A stretch of 63,872 nt of DNA, counting the filler, from Octopus bimaculoides (lineage: Eukaryota), in NCBI RefSeq assembly GCF_001194135.2. It is 4 parts of 4 records of this genome, joined end to end, with 100 filler letters (N's around TTAATTAATTAA, not from the genome) between each part and the next. Parts side by side here need not be neighbours in the genome. Positions count along the whole stretch, not along the records: positions 1 to 22,618 come from NC_068985.1; 3 more parts are not named here. One strand, given 5' to 3'. This document shows, piece by piece, positions 10,623 to 22,718 of this stretch. Numbering within the stretch: position 1 is the stretch's first letter; each line of letters begins with the position of its first letter. Below the pieces are notes generated by a model. That model saw only the letters and a program-made list of their open reading frames with translations. It did no database searches and had not been told where the DNA came from. The position numbers and the translations under genes are program-made.

Positions 10623-10627
<5 letters not shown>
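10460..10627 (-). mobile_element. Second Dong/R4-like LINE fragment
   Basis: KRNITSNCRICGDGQETINHIISGCPVLAKKEYIHRHDRAGTYIHWKLCQHYGIT; 3 mismatches in about 82 nt vs the 4031-4112 copy; 5' end joins (AAT)n; 3' part lost in the gap. Confidence 0.9.
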
Positions 10628-10670
<43 letters not shown>

Positions 10671-10671
<1 letters not shown>

Positions 10672-11356
10672 TGAGGCAATGACTAGTGACCGAGACCTTT
10701 GGAGATATGGTATGCTTGAGAAGACCTGACAAGCCAAGTGAGACCATAACCCGTGGCCTATGCTAGTGGGTGTAACCAGCCCGCTTATGAGTACCCCTCA
10801 TTCATTGGACAATAAACTTTGCTTGCGAAGACCCATTGAAGCAAGTGGAATCAAAATCAAAATCACTGACGTGGCTGATAACAGTACCGCCTGATTGGCA
10901 CTTGTGCCAGTGGAACGTTAAAAGTACCATCCATGCATGATCGCTGCCAGGGACGCTGATTGGCTTCCGTGAAGTGGCACGTAAAAAGCACCATTCGACT
11001 GCGATCATTGCTAGCATTGCCTTACTGGCACATGTACCAGTGGCACATGAGAAACAACATTTGATAGTGGTCATTGCTAGTGCCGCTGGACTGGCTCCCA
11101 TGCAGGTAGCATGTAAAAAACACTTTTTGGGCGTGGTCATTGCCAGAAACACCTGACTGGCCCACGTGCCGGTGGCATGTAAAAGCACCCACTACACTCT
11201 CGAAATGGTTGGTGTTAGGAAGGGCATCCAGCTGTAGAAACTCTGCCAGATCAGATTGGAGTCTGGTGCAGCCTTCTGGCTCGCCAGTCCTCAGTCAAAC
11301 CATCCAAACCATGGCAGCATGGAAAGCAGACTTTAAACAATGATGATGATGATGAT
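10671..11356 (+). mobile_element. RTE LINE 3' fragment
   Basis: EAMTSDRDLWRYGMLEKT, about five 66-bp units, shared terminus, (GAT)n. Confidence 0.88.
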
Positions 11357-11374
11357 AATGATTATTATTATTAG

Positions 11375-11569
11375 AAGGTGTCGAGCTGGCAGAATCGTTA
11401 GCATGCCAGGCAAAATGCTTAGTAGCATTTTGCCCATCTTTACGGTCTGGGTTCAAATTCTGCTGAGGTTGACTTTGCCTTTCATCCATTCGAGGTCAAT
11501 AAATTAAGTACCTGTTACGCACTGGGATTGATATAATCAATTTACCCCCTCCCCACAAATTTCAGGCCT
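11375..11569 (+). mobile_element. SINE family A
   Basis: gagctggcagaatcgttagc..gggttcaaattctgctgaggttgac.. Confidence 0.85.
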
Positions 11570-11631
11570 CCTTCTTCTCCTCCTCCTCCTCCTCCTCCTC
11601 ATCATCATCATCATCATCACCCCCCACCACC

Positions 11632-11649
<18 letters not shown>

Positions 11650-11676
<27 letters not shown>

Positions 11677-11870
11677 TTATGCTGGCATGGGTTGGATGGT
11701 TTGATATGAGCTGGCAGGGACAGGAGCTACACCAGACAGCCAACCACCTTACAGATAATAGAAAGGGTGTTTTTTTTTATGTAGCAGCATCACCATTTCT
11801 TTTGACATGGGACCAGCATCAATGCCCTTTGCATGGCACCATCACCAGTGCTTTTTTTACAGGGCACTGC
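11650..11870 (-). mobile_element. RTE-related 3' tail, divergent subfamily
   Basis: Reverse complement gives gtaaaaaagcac..aaggtggttggc..ccaacccatgccagcat..(GAT)n. Confidence 0.6.
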
Positions 11871-12439
11871 CCAGGGATGCTGACCTTACAAACCATAATG
11901 AAAGTCCCATCTAGAAGAGCAGTATCTCTAAATAAAACTCGTTGTGTAGATGCCGCATTTCAGTCCTGATAGGTAATCTCCCCAGCGCTGCACTCATGAT
12001 AATAAGCACCCCAGTTTATAACCGTTAAATGGTTGGTGGCAGGAAAACCATTCAGCCAATTGGACCCTACCTAAATCCTGAACAATTACAAATACAATAG
12101 AAACCGATAAATGGCCAAACACTTAACCAAGTTAATGCTACACTCAGCAATGGGGTTGTTAAGTGGAACACTTGAGTAAGAGTGATAATCCTACGACTCT
12201 TATCAAACAACACAAACGCTTTTTATTTCAGGTATAGAAAACAAATATTATACAACTATCACCAATTACAATTGTCTGACCACCTGACAAGTGCTGGCAG
12301 GCCAAAACTTTGAAGTTACTGTCACCCCTCTATGTGCAATACTGTAATAGATATGTAATTTGATAAAAAGTGTTGATGCATTCTTCACTTTAATGCTAAA
12401 TTGGTTTTATATATATCTTGACATAAAAACGAACATTAG

Positions 12440-12476
<37 letters not shown>

Positions 12477-12477
12477 T

Positions 12478-12566
12478 CTTTTATTTGTTTCAGTCATTTG
12501 ATTGTGGCCATGCTGGAGCACTGCCTTTAGTCAAAGAAAATGACCCCAGCACATATTCTTTGTAAG
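12478..12566 (-). mobile_element. SINE family B tail, cut by an RTE insertion
   Basis: Family B tail runs to ..ttctttgtaag, then switches to RTE sequence with a shared taag. Confidence 0.8.
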
Positions 12567-13448
12567 AATAGCCTGGGCAAAGTTCAGAGGGCTCCTACCT
12601 CTGCCAGTAACAAAGGACCTCTTGCTCAGAGTGAAAGGTAGACTCAATGACACATGTGTGCGAACAGCCATGCTACATGGCAGTGAAACATGGGCTGTGA
12701 CCGCTGAAGACATGTGCAAGAAAAGTTGGACATAAGAAGCATCAGGTGTGATGTGCAAGAGAGATGACTGCACTGGTATGGTCAGGTGTTGCATATGGAT
12801 GAGAACAGCTGTGTGAAAAAGTGTCACACCCTAACAGTGGAGGGAACCTGTGGGAGAGGTAGGCCTAGGGAGACCTGTGATGAGGTGGTGAAGCATGACC
12901 TTCGGACGTTGGGCCTCACGGAGGTAATGACAAGTGACCGAGACCTTTTGGAGATATGCTGTGCTTAAGAAGACCTGGCAAGCCAAGTGAGACCATAACC
13001 GTGGCCTATGCCAGTGTCGCATAACCAGGCCATTTAAGAATACCCTTCAATCATTGGGCACTAAACTGTGCTTGAGAAGACCTGTTGAGTCAAGTGAAAT
13101 CATTGTCGTAGCTAATGCCAGTACTGTCTGACTGGCTCCTGTGCTGGTGGCATATAGAAAGCACCATTTGAGCATGGCCATTGATTGTGCCGCCTGACTG
13201 GGTCCTGTGTTGGTGGCAAGTAAAAAGCACCATTCAAGCATGGTCGATGCTACTACCGCTTGAGTGGCCCCTGTGCTGGTGGCACATAAAAAACACCCAC
13301 TACACTCTTGGAGTTGTTGGCATTAGGAAGGACATCTAGCTGCAGAAACCTTGCCTGGTGCAGCCTCCTGGTTTGCCAGTCCTAGGTCAAACCGTCCAAC
13401 CCATGCCAGCATGGAAAGCAGACGTTAAACAATGATGATGTGATGATG
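12563..13448 (+). mobile_element. RTE LINE 3' fragment
   Basis: ..HMDENSCVKKCHTLTVEGTCGRGRPRETCDEVVKHDLRTLGLTEVMTSDRDL; three 66-bp units; terminus and (GAT)n. Confidence 0.92.
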
Positions 13449-14002
13449 ACATATATGTTTGAGTGTGTGAGTGTGTGTGAATAGATATATATATATGTAC
13501 ATACATACATACATATATGTATGTATGTGCGTATGTATTATAGATGTATAACATAAAATTGCTATATATAAAAGGACATGACACTGCCAAAATGTTATCT
13601 TTAAGATAAAGTGTTAGTTGTATTTGAAGTGGTATGAACGCATATATGTGTTGCATTCTGTGTCATTATTCACTTTTATTTCAAGATTTCTTGGCAACAG
13701 AAAAAGAGTTGGCTTCTAACTTAGATCCAAGGCTCCTTCATTGGAATTTAACAAAATCAACAGGGTATTTTTGCATTGTGTGTGTCTGTGTGCGTGCGTG
13801 TGTGCAGTATTTGGAATCAGTGCATATGCATCTTTGTATGTTTTGTTTTATGTATGTATTCTCAAGCATATAGTTGCATATCTAGATATACACACATATA
13901 CTTAAATGATAGACTTTTGAAAAGTTTTACAGTTCCCAGCAAGTATTATTCATTAGGAGCAGCCAAAGGCTTACCTGGAATGAGTCTTTAATAAATCTTT
14001 CT

Positions 14003-14240
14003 GTGGCTGTGTGGTAAGTAGTTTGCTTACGATCCACATGGTTCCGGGTTCAGTCTCACTGTGCGGAACCTTGGTCAAGTGTCTTCTACTATAGCCTTGA
14101 GCCGACCAAAACCTTGTGAATGGATTTGGTAGATGGAAACTAAAAGAAGTCTGTCGTGTGTGTGTGTGTGTGTGTGCAAATGTGTGTTCCCCACCACTGC
14201 TTGGCAACCAGTTTTGCTGTGTTTACATCCCCATAACTGA
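14003..14240 (+). mobile_element. SINE family B, 3'-truncated
   Basis: Family B head, (TG)n and start of the tail. Confidence 0.85.
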
Positions 14241-14267
14241 AAGAAGCGCGTCGTATATATGTATATA

Positions 14268-14304
<37 letters not shown>

Positions 14305-14652
14305 TCATNNNNNNNNNNNNNNNNNNNNNNNNNNNNNNNNNNNNNNNNNNNNNNNNNNNNNNNNNNNNNNNNNNNNNNNNNNNNNNNNNNNNNNNNNNNN
14401 NNNNNNNNNNNNNNNNNNNNNNNNNNNNNNNNNNNNNNNNNNNNNNNNNNNNNNNNNNNNNNNNNNNNNNNNNNNNNNNNNNNNNNNNNNNNNNNNNNNN
14501 NNNNNNNNNNNNNNNNNNNNNNNNNNNNNNNNNNNNNNNNNNNNNNNNNNNNNNNNNNNNNNNNNNNNNNNNNNNNNNNNNNNNNNNNNNNNNNNNNNNN
14601 NNNNNNNNNNNNNNNNNNNNNNNNNNNNNNNNNNNNNNNNNNNNNNNNNNNN

Positions 14653-14838
14653 CCGCACAAGAACCAGTCCAGGGGCACTGGCAACGATCTTACTTGGCTT
14701 GCCGGGTCTTCTCACGCACAGCACATTTCCAAAGGTCTCGGTCAGTAGTCATCGCCTCGGTGAGGCCCAATGTACGGAGGTCTTGCCTCACCACCTCAGC
14801 CCAGGTCTTCCTGGGCCTACCTCTTCCACGGGTTCCCA
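14653..14838 (-). mobile_element. RTE LINE ORF C-terminal fragment
   Basis: Minus translation GTRGRGRPRKTWAEVVRQDLRTLGLTEAMTTDRDLWKCAVREKTRQAK*. Confidence 0.9.
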
Positions 14839-14839
14839 T

Positions 14840-15110
14840 GTATGTATGTATGTATATATATATATATATGTGTGTGTGTATGTATGTGTGTGTGTGTGTG
14901 TGTGTTTATGTGTGTGTTTGTCCCCCTCCCAACATCGCTTGACAACCGATGCTGGTGTGTTTATGTCCCCGTAACTTAGTGGTTCGCCAAAAGAGACCGG
15001 TAGAATAAGTACTAGGCATCCAAAGAATAAGTCCTGGGGTCGATTTGCTCGACTAAAAGGTGGTGTTCTAGCATGGCCACAGCCAAATGACTGAAACAAG
15101 TAAAAGAGTA
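14840..15110 (+). mobile_element. SINE family B, microsatellite and tail
   Basis: Family B tail ending gactgaaacaagtaaaagagta. Confidence 0.88.
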
Positions 15111-15313
15111 TAGGCACAAGGCCTGCATTTTGTGGGGATGGGGACAGTCAATCACATCAAACCCACTACTCAACTGATACTTGATTTATCAACTCCAAAA
15201 GGATGAAAGGCAAAGTCAACCTCGGAGGAATTTGAACTCAGAATGTAGAAGCAGACGAAATACAGCTTAGCATTTCACCCATTGTGCTAACGATTCTGCC
15301 AGCATGCCACCTT
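15111..15313 (-). mobile_element. SINE family A
   Basis: Reverse complement of the family A consensus, tail-to-tail with the preceding SINE B. Confidence 0.85.
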
Positions 15314-15602
15314 AACAACCCTTTAATAATGAATCATTGATGTCTAGTCTCGCATCAGTCCTGATCAACTGTCAGATTGACAAGCATCCCAGCCATTACT
15401 GGCCTGCCATTTTCCCCTAATTTGCAAGTAACCCAGGCACACATTATCAAACATATTCCTTTTTTTTTAAGATTGTAAAGAATATGATTTGAGGGACATT
15501 TGGCTGATATTTCTAGTATGTGGATTGACCAGGTCTGACGTACTTCCTGGACTCGTTGTTAAATGTGTTTGTGTAGTATTAGAGATGTTAAATGGCTATT
15601 CT

Positions 15603-15830
15603 CCTACTTGTTTCAGTCATCCGACTGCAGCCATGCTGGAGCAACACCTTAAAGGGTCTTAGTCGAAGAAATCGACCCCGGCACTTATTCTTTGTAAGCC
15701 TGGTACTTATCTTGTCAGTGTCTTTTGCTGAACTGCTAAGTTATGGGGATGTAAACATATCATCATCATTTGTCAAGCGATGGTGCAGGGACAAACATAG
15801 ACTCAAAGACACACACACACACACATATGT
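15603..15830 (-). mobile_element. SINE family B tail
   Basis: Reverse-complement match. Confidence 0.8.
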
Positions 15831-15920
<90 letters not shown>

Positions 15921-15948
15921 GTGTGCATATATATATATATATATATAC

Positions 15949-16235
15949 CAGGGCTGTGGAGTCTAAGACGGAGTTGTGGAGTCAGAAATAATTAAGAGGT
16001 AGCCGGAGTCAGAGTCAGACTCAGTAAAACTATACTGACTCCGACTCACAATATCTTTATTCTTTAATATAAACCAGTTATAACATAAAGGCCTACTCAA
16101 AGTACAAGCATATGCATATGCTTTATGAGATATGTAGACCACTATCACTTAATCACATAAAGAAGAGTCAAAGTCAGGGTCGGAGCCAGAGTCAGAGTAG
16201 GAGTCAAAGTTTCTTGTTTCGACTCCACAGCCCTG
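15949..16235. mobile_element. MITE with perfect 15-bp TIRs (probably hAT-type)
   Basis: CAGGGCTGTGGAGTC ... GACTCCACAGCCCTG; subterminal (GGAGTC/GAGTCA) repeats; no TSD recognisable. Confidence 0.85.
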
Positions 16236-16361
16236 CTTATGACAACATATTTACAGCAGTTGAATAAACAACTATTCAAGAGACATCGAATGGAATAATA
16301 ACAAGTTTTCACTTCCTGATATGCTAAACAGTAATACAAAAACTGTCCATAATTTATTAGT

Positions 16362-16807
16362 CTGAAAATTTGACACAAGGCCAGCAATTTAAAGGACGTG
16401 GGTAAGTTGATTTCATCGACCTTCAGTATTCAACTGGTACTTATTTTATCGACCCCAAATGGATGAAAGACAAAGTCAAGCCTGGCAGAATTTGAACTCA
16501 GAACATAAAATCAGATGAAATGCCACTCGGCACATTTTGTGACGTGCTAACAATTCTGCCAGCTCAATGCCTTAAAGACCATTCAGAATTATCGGTTTCA
16601 AATTTTAGCCTAAGGCCAGCAATTTAGGGGAAGGAGTTGAGTCGATTACATCAATCCCAGTGCTCAACTGGTACTTATTTTATCGACCCTGAAAGGATGA
16701 AAGGCAGAGTCAACCTTGGTAGAATTTGAGCTCAGAATGTAAAGACATACAAAATGTCATTTACCATTTTGGCTGGCACAGTAGTGATTCTGCAAGCTCA
16801 CTTGCTT
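16362..16807 (-). mobile_element. Two tandem SINE family A copies (about 16362-16573 and 16588-16807)
   Basis: Two successive reverse-complement matches to family A. Confidence 0.85.
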
Positions 16808-16809
16808 AA

Positions 16810-17030
16810 CCGTTTCGATACCAACCCAGCTGAAACCACCTCTGGCTCTGTAGTACAAATGTCTTGTTTTCATAAGTTTTGAATTAAAATCTTCCACCAA
16901 ACTTTAGTCACAATTGATGTGCCTAACACTAGCTTAAAGATAACTAAGTTATTTTATTAATTTCTTTTTATATTTAAAATTAAATGAAAGAAACACAGAG
17001 CATCTCAACAGAAATATGGTAACAAAAGGG
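16810..17030 (-). mobile_element. piggyBac-type MITE
   Basis: TTAA|CCGTTTCG ... CAAAAGGG|TTAA. Confidence 0.8.
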
Positions 17031-17061
17031 TTAAAATATATAATACAGAAACCATTCTTAA

Positions 17062-17194
17062 CCCTTTCGTTACCAACCCAGCTGAAACCACCTCTGGCTC
17101 TGTAGTACAAATGTCTTGTTTTCATAATCTTTTATATTTAGAATTAATTGGATAAAGCACAGAGCATCTCTACAGAAATACTGTAACAAAAGGG
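17062..17194 (-). mobile_element. piggyBac-type MITE, internally deleted
   Basis: TTAA|CCCTTTCG ... CAAAAGGG|TTAA; same ends as 16810-17030 but lacks about 90 bp of the middle. Confidence 0.82.
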
Positions 17195-17346
17195 TTAAAG
17201 ACAGTTCATAATTACTGAGAACAAAATTAAATAGAATTAGAACACCTTATCACAAAGCTGGCTTAGCTTTAAGAAAGAATCTTAGTTCGTTATATCTGGG
17301 AATTCAAAGTCCTAGCTTCTTATAGTACCCAAACGAGTTTCTAAAA

Positions 17347-17491
17347 CAGCTATGAGCAAACCTGTGTCACAGGCGTTTCTGAATGGAGTGCCGAAAGAAA
17401 ATTTACTTCCAGTTTTTATAATAGTGCGATCTGTCTGTTGACGAACCATGTTTCATGCGGCCCATTTCACGAAAAATGTTGCGCATGCCTA
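17347..17491. mobile_element. hAT-type MITE
   Basis: Ends CAGCTATGAGCAAACC / ATGTTGCGCATGCCTA; 8-bp TSD ttctaaaa / ttctagaa. Confidence 0.7.
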
Positions 17492-17804
17492 TTCTAGAAT
17501 GTTCAACCAAGCAATTTGGCAGGAATATTCCAGCTTGCTTAGTTATATAGCAACGAGGCGTTAAAACCGCTTATGGCGACAAAATTAACATTTAGCGTTT
17601 TCTTTTATGGCAGTATGGCAGGCCGTGGGCCTGTGCTAGAAAACCTGATTGCGATGGTTCTAAACTCCGTAGAAGCCGGCTATGAAATAAATCAAGGAAA
17701 TCAACTTTCGAAGTCCTCGGAAGGGACATAACTCTCTTAAGGGACATAACTCATTCGAAATTAACAACTTGATAAATGAAAATCTTTACGGATTTTCATC
17801 TTCC

Positions 17805-18150
17805 AAACTACATGGTACCAGGTTCAATCCCACTGCGTGGCACCTACGGCAACTGTCTTCTACTATAGCCTCGGACCGTCCAAAGCCTTGTGAGTAGATT
17901 TGGTAGAAAGAAACTGAAACAATCCCGTCGTATGTTAATACATACATATATATATGTGTGTGTCTGTGTTTGTCACCCACCATCGCTTGACAACCGATGT
18001 TGGTGTGTTTGTGTCCCCGTAACTTAGCGGTTCGGTAAAAAAAGACCGATAGAATAAGTATTACGCTTACAAAGAAAAGTCCTGGGGTTGATTCAAGGCG
18101 GTGCTCTAGCATGGCCACAGTCAAATGACTGAAACGAATTAAAGAATGAA

Positions 18151-18152
<2 letters not shown>
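17805..18152 (+). mobile_element. SINE family B
   Basis: Head, short TA/TG tract and tail. Confidence 0.88.
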
Positions 18153-18186
<34 letters not shown>

Positions 18187-18191
<5 letters not shown>

Positions 18192-18246
18192 GAAGTGTAT
18201 TTATCGTGCAGTTACTGTTAATACTTCATTTAGAGAATTAACATTG

Positions 18247-18290
<44 letters not shown>

Positions 18291-18345
18291 GAAGTGTATT
18301 TATCGTGCAGTTACTGTTAATACTTCATTTAGAGAATTAACATTG

Positions 18346-18349
<4 letters not shown>
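18187..18349. repeat. Identical duplication of about 63 bp separated by (TA)n
   Basis: aaagtgaagtgtattt..aacattgctta at 18187 and 18286, no mismatches. Confidence 0.95.
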
Positions 18350-18381
<32 letters not shown>

Positions 18382-18454
18382 TTCAATGGCAGTACTCTAC
18401 CCGAGCGTTGTTGCACTGAGAGAAAACCAACAAAAGAATAGGCGTGACTTTATA

Positions 18455-18578
18455 AGACCATGTGGTCTTGGGTTCAATCTCACTGTATGGCACCTTAGAC
18501 GAGTATTTCCTACACTAGCCCCGGAGTCGCCAAAGCCTTGTGAGTGGATATGATAGACGGAAACTGAAAGAAGCCTGT
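18455..18578 (+). mobile_element. SINE family B head
   Basis: ccatgtggtcttgggttcaatc..ggcacctt..gaaactgaaagaagcc. Confidence 0.75.
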
Positions 18579-19460
18579 CTTTGCGACTGTAGAAATGCTT
18601 ATGAAAAATAAAGGTGAAGGGAAATAACTCATGGAACTGTCTAGTTGTTGTTTCCCCCCCCCNNNNNNNNNNAATTTAATTTTAAGATTTTAGACTACCC
18701 TTAAAGAGAGTTTCAGATCGCATTATTCATTTGTTCATCATTCTACTTGACTTGCACTAACTTGGGACTAAACAATTATAGCAACAAAAATTAAGTGAAG
18801 TAACAGAGTCAATAATATCGACCCTAATATTTGACTAGTATGATGGCAGCACGCAAAAACCCTGTTAACCATTCTGAATCACACACAGGCTGTTGAATTC
18901 ACCTAAGCATTTATTTTGTGATGTCAAAGTTTTCGTCGCTCAAAACTGCGACACGGTCACTTTTAACACCGTATTACAGACAATAAATGTTTACATAAAG
19001 TTAACAGTCTTTGTGTGTTTATGACTGGCTAATATATGTTTTCCAGGCTGTAATCGTTTTAGTTTCAACACACGATCTCGGATCAAATCACTTGCCTGAC
19101 AAACGCACCTTCATAACTTGACAATTACTTATATTGTTGTCTTCAGAAATGATGAAAGCCAAAAAAGATGTCTGGGAGACATGAACATAGAATGTCAAGA
19201 TATGGTGTTATATACCACAAAGATGTAGTCCGTTGCTCTGTCGGGCCTCTGCACACCACTCACTGGTAGAAATAACGGTACCTTTTGGTTACCTCACCCT
19301 CATTAAAAAATTAGGATATCTCCCCACGTTTTATGAGAAATATCCATACTTTTGATTATCTCTCTCAACTAAGAAGTTGTTTAACCCTCAATAAAATAAC
19401 AAAAAAAAAGTGGAAAAATAAACAAATATGAAAACTGAAATAATTAAACATTTTATTGGA

Positions 19461-19786
19461 TCTTTACTCTTTTATTCTTTTACTTGTTTCAGTCATTTGA
19501 CTGCGGCCATGTTGGAGCACCGCCTTTAGTCGAGCAAAGCGACCCGAGGACTTATTCTTTGTAAGCCTAGTACTTATTCTATTGGTCTCTTTTGCCGAAC
19601 CACTAAGTTGCGGGGGCGTAAACACACCAGCATCGGTTGTCAAGCGATGTTGGGGGGACAAACACAGATATACAAACACACACACACATATATATATATA
19701 CATATATACGATGGGCTTCTTTCAGTTTCCATCTTCCAAATCTACTCACAAGGCTATAGTAGAAGACACTTGCCCAAAGTGCCACG
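19461..19786 (-). mobile_element. SINE family B
   Basis: Reverse-complement match with a small deletion in the head. Confidence 0.88.
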
Positions 19787-20162
19787 GATCTGATGACATT
19801 TCTATAACAAATCAAACCATGTCTATCGAGGAGACCAAATGTCAACAATCTGTTGAAGTATTGAAGCAAAAGGATATAACTCTTAATCCAATCTCTTGTC
19901 ACCACATAAACTGAAATTTTTCGTGGGGAGATAACCTAATCTTTTAATGGCAATTTAATTGGGGTGAGATAACGAAAATGTACCGAGATGACAATGCTAT
20001 GACGTCGCCCAGTTGTTCTCAAACAGACAAATACTAACACCCTCACCGCCACTTCCAAAACTATTCGTGAATTTTTTAGCGCCTTCTTTATTAATCCTTT
20101 CTAATTTTGTCTCAAGACAAATAGTTTTCGAGGTAGGAGGCATGTGGATTATATTATTCTTT

Positions 20163-20392
20163 TTCTTTTTTATTCTTTTATTTGTTTCAGTCATTTGAAT
20201 GCGGCCATGCTAGAGCACCGCCTTTAGTTGAATAAACCGACCCCAGAACTTACACTTTGTAAGCCTAGTACTTATTCTATCGGTCTCTTTTGCCGAACCG
20301 CTAAGTAACGGGGACGTCGACACACCAGCATCGATTGTCAAGCAATGGTGGTGGGGACAAACACACACATACGACAACACACACACACAAAC

Positions 20393-20436
<44 letters not shown>

Positions 20437-20813
20437 GGCTTCTTTCAGTTTCCTTCTACCAAATCCACTCACAAAGCTTTGGTCGACCTGAGGTTATAGT
20501 AGAAGACACTTGCCCAAGGTGCCATGCAGTGAGACTGACCCCGGAACCATGTGGTTGGTAAGCAAGCTACTTTATTTCATTTTATTGGCTATGTAAGCCG
20601 TATACAGATGGAGTAGCTGCAGGCTGGACAAAGGCATTAATGAGATGAGATGAATGATGAACAGGATGATATTAATGGGAGAAGGCAGAAGATGCCTGCC
20701 AATCTTTGCTTCTCTAAAACATTGTTCTTTTGTGAACTTACAGTTTGAGGCAATAAACCTCTTACCAATATTTCTTTTGCACTCAAGGTCCTTACCACAC
20801 AGCCACTCCTGTA
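20163..20813 (-). mobile_element. SINE family B with an insertion of about 218 bp in its head
   Basis: Head splits at ..agcaagctactt (20572) and resumes at cttaccacacagccactcctgta (20791). Confidence 0.85.
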
Positions 20814-21154
20814 TTGACACAAGTATTTGAGCAGTACTTTATTTTATCGACCCTGAAAAGATGAAAGAGAAGACAAAAATAGATTTTGCATTCATTCGTT
20901 TCTTCTTCCTTCGCCATGGCCTTGGACAAGATTATAACACGTGACAGTCTGTCTGCCCACTTTTTTAATCCATACATCACCTTATCCCATGAGAAATACT
21001 AGTTCAGCCCAAGCTTAATTCTGACTTGACCAACATGTGATCAAAGATATTTAAGCCATGACTACACCGTCTTTGCTTTAGTTATCATGTGTCTTTGATT
21101 GCATTATTCTAGATACACAATGTCTTCTGTCACTTTTTAAGTTGGCATTATAAA

Positions 21155-21667
21155 TATACCAGCTGACCCCGTGCCGTCAAAAATGAAGGCTAACTGTAGA
21201 ATTTTATATCTAAAATATGGATGGTAAATCAAATTAATACACTTGTCAATGTTATCCAGTGGTTGTCTTTTTGAGATGGGACATCAAATATCGTTTGTTA
21301 CTGAAAGATTCCTGGCTCACATATACATCCACATACTTCTCTTGTACACACACACACACATATACTTAAACACACACACACATACTCACACACACACACA
21401 CATATACTCACACACACACACACTCACACAGAGTTGAAACACTTTGATTTTTCTTTCCAGTGTTGAATGTTCACCATCCCATTTTCATTACATACACACA
21501 CACACACACATTCCTCCCTTTCACATACACACACGTACTCACACAGAGTTGAAATGCTCCCACTACCAGTTTGCCACCCCCCCTTCCTTCCTTCTTTATT
21601 CATCTATTACCCCTTCCTTTCTCATTCATATGATGTGACGGAGAAAAACACAATTGTATTACTATAG
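21155..21667 (+). mobile_element. Possible non-autonomous Helitron/Helentron-type element
   Basis: Starts tataccagctgaccccgtg, contains internal (CA)n blocks, ends ..attgtattactatag; no coding support. Confidence 0.35.
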
Positions 21668-22104
21668 TGGAAGACACTCCACCTGATTACAGCGTCGGTC
21701 CAAGACGTTCATCCCCCTCACCCTCCAACACATTGCTTCTCATGGGAACAGACCGTGGCTGACAAGACTGATACAAAATTGGCAGATCCTGTGGCACTGA
21801 AGGTGACCCCAGACAACAGCCAGTGGGTTGTTGACGGCATCTCCCCCTCTCTCCATGCAGTCTCCTGCACTTGGTTTCAACCATTCCAGTCCAGCATTGC
21901 AGACGAACTTCCATGCTTTCCGGCTAACAGAGAGACACCACATAAAATGGGAGACCGCTTGAGATTGTCATGGAAATGAAGTTTTGGATGTCCATGAGGC
22001 CTGTTTCCAGTCTCAGTCTTGCTAAAAAGGACCATTTTTGGAAGCCGGTTACCTGGCGTCCAAATTACATGGCCAACTCAGCGGAGAAATTATATACGCT
22101 TCAA

Positions 22105-22340
22105 GTCTTCTACTTGCTTCAGTCATTTTGATTGCAGCCATTCTGGAGCACTGCCTCTAGTTGAACAAATCGACCCTGGTACTTATTCTTTGTAAGCCTG
22201 GTACTTATTCCATTAGTCTCTTTTGCTGAATTGCTAAGTTATGGGGACATAAACATACTAACATTGGTTGTCAAGCGATGGTGGGGGGACAGACACAGAC
22301 ACACAAATACACACACACACACAGATATATATATATATAT
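22105..22340 (-). mobile_element. SINE family B tail
   Basis: Reverse-complement match. Confidence 0.82.
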
Positions 22341-22618
22341 AGACATAGGGCAGGGAATTGCCAATTAGTTAATAAGATTAATAATTAACAATTTTGCCAA
22401 GTAGTTCAGTATGAAAAAACCTTTATCGGTAAAAACATTTATAATCATAAATATATAGGGGTCAGCATGAGTTGCTTCACTAACATACTGAAAATTTAGA
22501 AATAGCAGTCAAAAAACTACTGATTCTAAACTACAATTTTTTCTCTAACGGATGGCGAAATTTACGGCACACATAGAACAAAAACAGAAGTGAAAACAAA
22601 AACAAACCCGCCTTTAAT

Positions 22619-22718
22619 NNNNNNNNNNNNNNNNNNNNNNNNNNNNNNNNNNNNNNNNNNNNTTAATTAATTAANNNNNNNNNNNNNNNNNNNNNNNNNN
22701 NNNNNNNNNNNNNNNNNN
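22619..22718. other. Artificial scaffold join: N44-TTAATTAATTAA-N44
   Basis: Same 100-nt structure at 54695 and 61588; the linker puts stops in all six frames. Confidence 0.95.

Noticed and set aside
21687-21979. Three overlapping 67-75 aa ORFs in a GC-richer patch
   Set aside because: No recognisable motif or splice context; probably an old TE fragment that I cannot classify.
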